Shown one piece after another: positions 7,442-12,004 of a stretch of DNA of 12,004 nucleotides (position 1 is its first letter; every line of letters begins with the position of its first letter). A program made the translations under genes and the position numbers. The notes below the pieces were generated by a model. That model was not told the DNA's origin. It saw only the letters and a list, made by a program, of their open reading frames with translations, and did no database searches. This DNA is from Cyanobacteria bacterium P01_D01_bin.156 (GTDB lineage Bacteria; Cyanobacteriota; Cyanobacteriia; Phormidesmidales; Phormidesmidaceae), in assembly GCA_039024555.1 (NCBI GenBank), contig JBCCQQ010000104.1, forward strand, positions 1 to 12,004, written 5' to 3'.

Positions 7442-7635
7442 ATATCAAAATCACCCGAGAGGGTGCCACACCTCAGCAAAAGACCGCCCTGATTAAGGGG
7501 GTTACGGAGCTTCTCGTTACTGTTCTGGACAAATCTCCCAACACCACATTTGTCGTGATTGATGAGGTGGTGACTGAAGATTGGGGCATCGCTGGAATGC
7601 CGGTCCATGAGTTTCGAAACTACACCCAGAAGTAA
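7429..7635 (+). CDS. 4-oxalocrotonate tautomerase family protein (68 aa)
   Basis: Met-Pro start (catalytic Pro1); PYVNIKITREG.T..QK..LI.GVT..L..VL.K and V.IDEV...DWG.AG; SD AGGAGA at 7417-7422. Confidence 0.93.
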   Translation: MPYVNIKITREGATPQQKTALIKGVTELLVTVLDKSPNTTFVVIDEVVTEDWGIAGMPVHEFRNYTQK

Positions 7636-7741
7636 GTGGAGACTCTACATAGTTAGAAAAATTCCTGAATTTAACCTGTAATCATTTTGCAAGCGGTCTC
7701 TAGAAGCGTGATGATATAGGCATAACTGCGTTGGTGAGCCT

Positions 7742-10435
7742 ATGACTGCAGGAATCCCTCTGCTGGAGACCAAACTCTATCTCCCCCAATGGTCTGCTGA
7801 TCGAGTATCGCGTCCGAGGTTGATTGATCGCATCCACCCGAAGCGTAAATTAACACTGATCTCAGCCCCGGCAGGATTTGGCAAAACAACGCTGCTGGCA
7901 GAATGGATAGTGGCTGTGCCCAAGCAATCTGTTACCTGGGTTTCCCTAGACCAAAGTGATAATGATCCCGCTGTTTTCTGGACTTATCTGATCACTGCTC
8001 TACAGAAGACTCAACCCAGCCTCGGTGAGCGTGCTCTCTCACTATTGCAATCATCACAGCCACCCTCAATTGAGTCCATCTTGATGACACTGCTCAATGA
8101 GCTAACCATCGCTAAAAAGGATCTTGTTCTAATTCTGGATGACTATCACAGGATTAAGACTCCGGTAATCCATGACGGAATAGGGTTTCTGCTCAGCCAT
8201 TTACCACCCCAGGTGCATTTGATTCTGGCTAGTCGGACCGATCCGCCTCTATCTTTGGCTCGTTTGAGGTCTCACGGTGACTTGACCGAACTCAGGGTAA
8301 GTGATCTGCGGTTTACGCCGGACGAGGCGACAGCTTTTCTGAGTCAAGGGATGGGCTTAGAGATTTCAGCGAGCGATGTTGCTGCCCTGGAGCAGCGGAC
8401 CGAAGGCTGGATTGCAGGGCTGCAGCTGGCAGCGCTATCCCTGCAGGGGCGCGAGGATATTTCTGATTTTGTGGCGGCTTTTTCGGGAGACGATCGCTAC
8501 ATCGTGGACTATCTGTTAGAAGAAGTGTTGCTGCGACAGCCCGAGCACGTTCGTCACTTTCTGTTGCAGACCTCCCTTCTAGACCGTTTAAGTGGTTCTC
8601 TTTGTGATGCGGTCACAGGCCAAAACAACGGTCAGAGCATGTTAGAAACCCTAGAGCGGGGAAATCTGTTCATTATTCCCCTAGACAACAAGCGCCAATG
8701 GTACCGCTATCATCACTTGTTTGCCGATGTGCTTCAGGTCCATGCCTTGAAAGAGTATCCGGAACAGATGCCCGTTCTACACAGACAGGCCAGTAAATGG
8801 TATGAACAGAATGAGCTATTTTCCGATGCGATTCGTCATGCCCTGGCGGCTAAAGACTTTGAACATGCGGCAAGTTTGATTGAACAGGTGTGGCCCGCAA
8901 TGCGTAATCGCCAGCAGGATGCGACGGTGTTGGGCTGGCTCAAGGTGCTACCTGATTCACTCATTCGTGTGCGTCCGGCTCTCTGTGTGGCCTATGCGAT
9001 CGCACTCCTGAATACTGGACAGACAGACACAGTTGAAGACCGTTTGCAGGATGCTGAACAAGCCTTGGCGCAAACCGAGAGTTCTGTTACGGACCCAGCC
9101 GCATATCGCTCGCTCCCAGCGGCCATTGCCAATGCCCGTGCCTTTCACGCCCAAGCGCTGGGCGATTTTGCTAGGGCCATCGCCCATGCTGAGCAGGCGT
9201 TAGCGCTGTTACCCTCCGAGGACGATAACGAACGGGGTGTAACCGCTGCCTTCCTCGGTTTGGCTTACTGGACAAGCGGCGATGTCACAGCGGCGTATCA
9301 ATCCTTTGCTGAGGGGTTGAAGAGATTTCAAAAGATAGGCAATGGTCAGATTGCCATCTGTGCCACCTCGGTTCTGGCCCAAATGGGGTTAGCTCAGGGG
9401 TGGTTGCGGGTTGCGATCACAGCATGTCATCAGGCCCTACAACGGGCAGAGCAACAGTCGGAACCTGTTTTGCAGGGGACGGCGGATCTATATTTGGTGT
9501 TAAGCGAGCTGTACTACGAACAGGGGGATTTGCCCATGGCTCATCAGTTGTTGCAAACGGGTGAGGAGCTGCGGCAGCAGGGATCAACATCGGGGTTCGA
9601 CTATTTTGTGTGGCTGGTTAAAGCACAATTGACAGCGGCTGAGGGGGACTTGGATACAGCCCTTGACCAACTGCACGAGGCCGAGCGGTTATATCGACAA
9701 TCACCGCTGCCGAATATCCGCCCGATTAAGGCATTAAAGGTGCGGTGGTGGCTGCAGCAAGGCAGGTTAGCTGAGGCGCTGAGTTGGCTACAGGAGTGTG
9801 GTTTATCGGTAGATGATGAACCGAACTACCTGCATGAATATGAACACCTGACGCTGGCGAGAGTTTTAATTGCACAGTACCAACAAGACGGGACAGGTGA
9901 GATAATTGTTCAGGTCACTAACCTTCTATCTCGCCTACTGACCGCCGCTGAAGCCAAGGAACGCACTGGCAGCATAATCAAAATTCTAGTTGTTCTGGCT
10001 TTGACACACGAGGCTCAGGGAGATATTGCGGCTGCTATGCCGCTTCTAGAACGTGCCCTAACCCTGGCTGAACCAGACAGCCATGTTCGCATCTTTGCAG
10101 ACTGCGGCCCTCCGATGGTGCGACTGCTACAAGCGGCCATGACGCGCAATATTACACCCACCTACACCCAGCACCTATTGACCGCACTAGAAACCTGGGG
10201 GCAAAACTCTCCCTCTCTCCCTCTCTCCCCCTCTCCCCTAATCGAACCCCTCAGCCAACGCGAGCTGGACGTTCTGCGCTTGCTCAACACCGAATTGTCT
10301 GGCCCAGAAATTGCCAATGAACTGGTTGTAGCCTTGAGTACTGTGCGTACCCATACCAAGCGGATTTATAGCAAACTCAATGTTACTAATCGCAGGGCCG
10401 CCGTGAAACGAGCTACAGAGCTAGAGCTGATTTAG
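7742..10435 (+). CDS. MalT-like STAND-family ATP-dependent transcriptional regulator with C-terminal LuxR HTH (897 aa)
   Basis: LETKL..P, Walker A APAGFGKTT, WVSLD..DNDP..F, Walker B LILDDYH, TEGW.AGLQLA, YRYHHLFAD, helical TPR-like middle, LuxR HTH LSQRELDVL...IANELVVALSTVRTH..RIYSKL.V.NR..AV. Confidence 0.95.
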   Translation: MTAGIPLLETKLYLPQWSADRVSRPRLIDRIHPKRKLTLISAPAGFGKTTLLAEWIVAVPKQSVTWVSLDQSDNDPAVFWTYLITALQKTQPSLGERALSLLQSSQPPSIESILMTLLNELTIAKKDLVLILDDYHRIKTPVIHDGIGFLLSHLPPQVHLILASRTDPPLSLARLRSHGDLTELRVSDLRFTPDEATAFLSQGMGLEISASDVAALEQRTEGWIAGLQLAALSLQGREDISDFVAAFSGDDRYIVDYLLEEVLLRQPEHVRHFLLQTSLLDRLSGSLCDAVTGQNNGQSMLETLERGNLFIIPLDNKRQWYRYHHLFADVLQVHALKEYPEQMPVLHRQASKWYEQNELFSDAIRHALAAKDFEHAASLIEQVWPAMRNRQQDATVLGWLKVLPDSLIRVRPALCVAYAIALLNTGQTDTVEDRLQDAEQALAQTESSVTDPAAYRSLPAAIANARAFHAQALGDFARAIAHAEQALALLPSEDDNERGVTAAFLGLAYWTSGDVTAAYQSFAEGLKRFQKIGNGQIAICATSVLAQMGLAQGWLRVAITACHQALQRAEQQSEPVLQGTADLYLVLSELYYEQGDLPMAHQLLQTGEELRQQGSTSGFDYFVWLVKAQLTAAEGDLDTALDQLHEAERLYRQSPLPNIRPIKALKVRWWLQQGRLAEALSWLQECGLSVDDEPNYLHEYEHLTLARVLIAQYQQDGTGEIIVQVTNLLSRLLTAAEAKERTGSIIKILVVLALTHEAQGDIAAAMPLLERALTLAEPDSHVRIFADCGPPMVRLLQAAMTRNITPTYTQHLLTALETWGQNSPSLPLSPSPLIEPLSQRELDVLRLLNTELSGPEIANELVVALSTVRTHTKRIYSKLNVTNRRAAVKRATELELI
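10207..10238 (+). repeat. 4 x 8-bp tandem repeat CTCTCCC(T/C) in the linker before the LuxR domain
   Basis: CTCTCCCT CTCTCCCT CTCTCCCC CTCTCCCC, encoding SPSLPLSPSP. Confidence 0.85.
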
Positions 10436-10499
10436 GCGATCGCCCTAATATCCCAACCTGATAATCTCAGGGTTTGGGATGGCGATTATACTGAATGCG

Positions 10500-10631
10500 T
10501 CTGCCTAATCACCCATATCGGAGTATTGGGCTGACGAATTTCCACCTAATCACCCAGATTAGGATCTTAGGCAGAAATATTTCTGCCTAATCATTCACAT
10601 AGAGTAGATAGGTAGAAGCTTTCCCTCTAAT
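10500..10631. repeat. Tandem array of three degenerate 41-bp palindromic units plus a partial fourth
   Basis: Units start at 10500, 10541 and 10582 (TCTGCCTAATCACCCA / TCCACCTAATCACCCA / TCTGCCTAATCATTCA) and end in TTAGGCAGA-like sequence. Perfect 24-bp palindrome TTAGGCAGAAATATTTCTGCCTAA at 10567-10590. Confidence 0.85.
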
Positions 10632-10685
10632 TAGATCGTTAGCTTGACTAGATTTACGCAGACAGAAAAGCAGCCATTCCTCAAG

Positions 10686-10729
10686 CAGGTGATATTTTAA
10701 TGTCTGTAACCCCATCCAAATATCACCTG
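10686..10729. other. Perfect 12-bp inverted repeat CAGGTGATATTT-N20-AAATATCACCTG
   Basis: Seen directly, 40 nt downstream of the stop of the minus-strand ATPase gene. No U-tract, so a terminator role is uncertain. Confidence 0.6.
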
Positions 10730-10769
10730 ACAGCGATAAAACTAGAAGATACTCTTTAAATACGAAAAA

Positions 10770-11902
10770 CTACCGAATTAGATTCAAAGTAAGCTCGACA
10801 TAAACTCTCAGCTCAGAAGAGATGATTGGCTGAATCTCATTTTCGCTATGATGATAACGCTTGGAATAATCATTTACAGCACAGAGATCTTCCAACTTTT
10901 CACGAATAGTTGATAGGGGCTCATCCTCAGAGCCTTCGGAGCAGCTGCGTACTTTTGTGATAAAGTCACCTAACCATTCACTTTCTAAAAAACGGTCTGG
11001 GAAACGAATTCTTAGATTGGCCTCTAACAAAGGTCGAATACATTTTGCAACGGCGATTTCATCCCTGTAAGTACCATCTAAATAATCACATAAAATCTTA
11101 AATTCCTTCAAGTATCTATTCTGAGTATCTGAATAAATATCCCATAATTCAATGGTACTGTGTTGAGCATTAAAGGCATGGATTTTGAAGAGTCTTGTAT
11201 CATTACTAGGATAGTCAATCGAGACCGACTTAAGAAAAAACGGATCATGTGAAAGTAGTATCACTTGTTTTGCGACTCTCGCTATCCGCAATATTTGTTG
11301 GCGTGTGTACTCCTTACGATTTAAGTCTAAACTACAAATTGGATCATCAAAAATGACAACTTTTTCAGCAATTCGAGGATCTTTATCTAATTTACTCAGA
11401 AAAAATGCAAAAGCTAAGGATTGTTTATCTCCTTCACTAAGCGTGTTACTAAAACAAGGTTGGTCTTCAGGTGCGTTGGCACCACCTAATTTGATAGGTG
11501 TTTCATTGATGGCAATACAGAAGTTAAATCCTGGTTTCCCACCAGAGTGATCTTTCTGAAACTGAATTGGATAAAACTGCGCACCAAAAAATGAAAGATG
11601 TCGTCTTATAGACGACTCATGCTCAGTCAATATAGATTCTGAATAACGATCCAATTCTTCCTTCTTAACAGTTTTCTCTTCCTTTAATGTAGTTCTCTCA
11701 GCCTGCAAATCAAGATAGATATTGCAAACATCACTTATCTCCGGTTTATAGCGCTTTTCAGTACAGCGAAAACGATCTAACGCTTTCTTTGCCTCTTTAA
11801 GATCAGCATCACTTGTTTCCCTCTTTTTTGTATCAATCAATAAATTCAACTCTTCAATATTTCTCTTGTAATGACTGAGTTGTGAGGAAACCGTCTGATA
11901 AG
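10770..11902 (-). pseudogene. 3' part of an RloC-like AAA_13 ABC/SMC-type ATPase with probable C-terminal HEPN domain, interrupted by an IS
   Basis: Coiled coil, then signature TLSEGDK..LAFAFF, Walker B/D-loop VIFDDPICSLD, H-switch LLSHD, and C-terminal IRPLLE...NDYSKRYHH. The frame stays open upstream of the TTG at 11849 up to the IS end at 11903. No Walker A or zinc hook in the window. Confidence 0.8.
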
Positions 11903-12004
11903 CAGGGCTGATTCATTGTAGGAGCTTAAAAATCTGAGGAATCTGGTTAGCGAGTTCTCGTAGGGCCGATTTAAGTGAATCGAAACCATTGATTCTGAGT
12001 AGAT
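11903..12004 (-). mobile_element. 3' end of an ISAs1-family insertion sequence (transposase C-terminus 11913-12004)
   Basis: Terminus CAGGGCTGATTCATT at 11903 (CAGGG ends are typical of ISAs1). The minus strand encodes LLRINGFDSLKSALRELANQIPQIFKLLQ*, with the stop (11913-11915) inside the IR, resembling cyanobacterial ISAs1 transposase tails. Confidence 0.75.

Larger units (their letters stand above)
3756..10443. repeat. Five HIP1 octamers GCGATCGC
   Basis: At 3756, 4049, 6818, 8996 and 10436; none seen by eye in 1-3755 or 10444-12004. Confidence 0.85.

Noticed and set aside
6295..7608. ORFs 6295-6537, 6534-6716, 6870-7055, 7026-7253, 7080-7289 and 7360-7608
   Set aside because: Antisense or off-frame to the araC gene, the LysR/NTF2 remnants or the tautomerase gene.
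7742..10435. Naming the regulator malT, or calling it an Avs-type antiphage STAND
   Set aside because: There are no maltose genes, and the effector is a LuxR HTH rather than a nuclease or other toxic domain; only family-level assignment is supported.
10500..10631. CRISPR array interpretation of the 41-bp periodic repeat
   Set aside because: The period is too short, the intervening parts resemble each other and are part of the palindrome rather than unique spacers, and no cas genes are present.
8957..11550. ORFs 8957-9187, 10162-10359 and 11305-11550
   Set aside because: Antisense shadows inside long conserved genes.
10770..11849. Treating the 359-aa ORF as a complete gene starting at TTG 11849
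   Set aside because: It lacks Walker A, and the frame continues upstream to the IS boundary.

Overview
An accessory region, very probably cyanobacterial: it carries five HIP1 octamers (GCGATCGC) and cyanobacterial-type IS transposases. The GC-richer core (about 2.9-10.6 kb) holds stress/detoxification modules. These are a PecS/UrtR-type MarR repressor with two perfect palindromic operators, divergent from a VOC(glyoxalase)-PecM(EamA)-SnoaL/NTF2 operon; a DUF4345 membrane gene divergent from a cupin-AraC regulator; a deletion scar fusing the 3' ends of a LysR gene and an NTF2/lumazine-binding-like gene ahead of an intact 4-oxalocrotonate-tautomerase-family gene; and an 897-aa MalT-like STAND/LuxR regulator followed by an array of 41-bp palindromic units. 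The flanks are AT-richer and lack HIP1. On the left lie the 5' end of a frameshifted IS4/IS701-like element, a 281-aa hypothetical membrane protein and a decayed 743-bp IS1 element. On the right lies the 3' part of an RloC-like (AAA_13 ABC-ATPase, probable HEPN) gene, cut by the end of an ISAs1-family element. All family calls come from motif recognition only; no database search was run.
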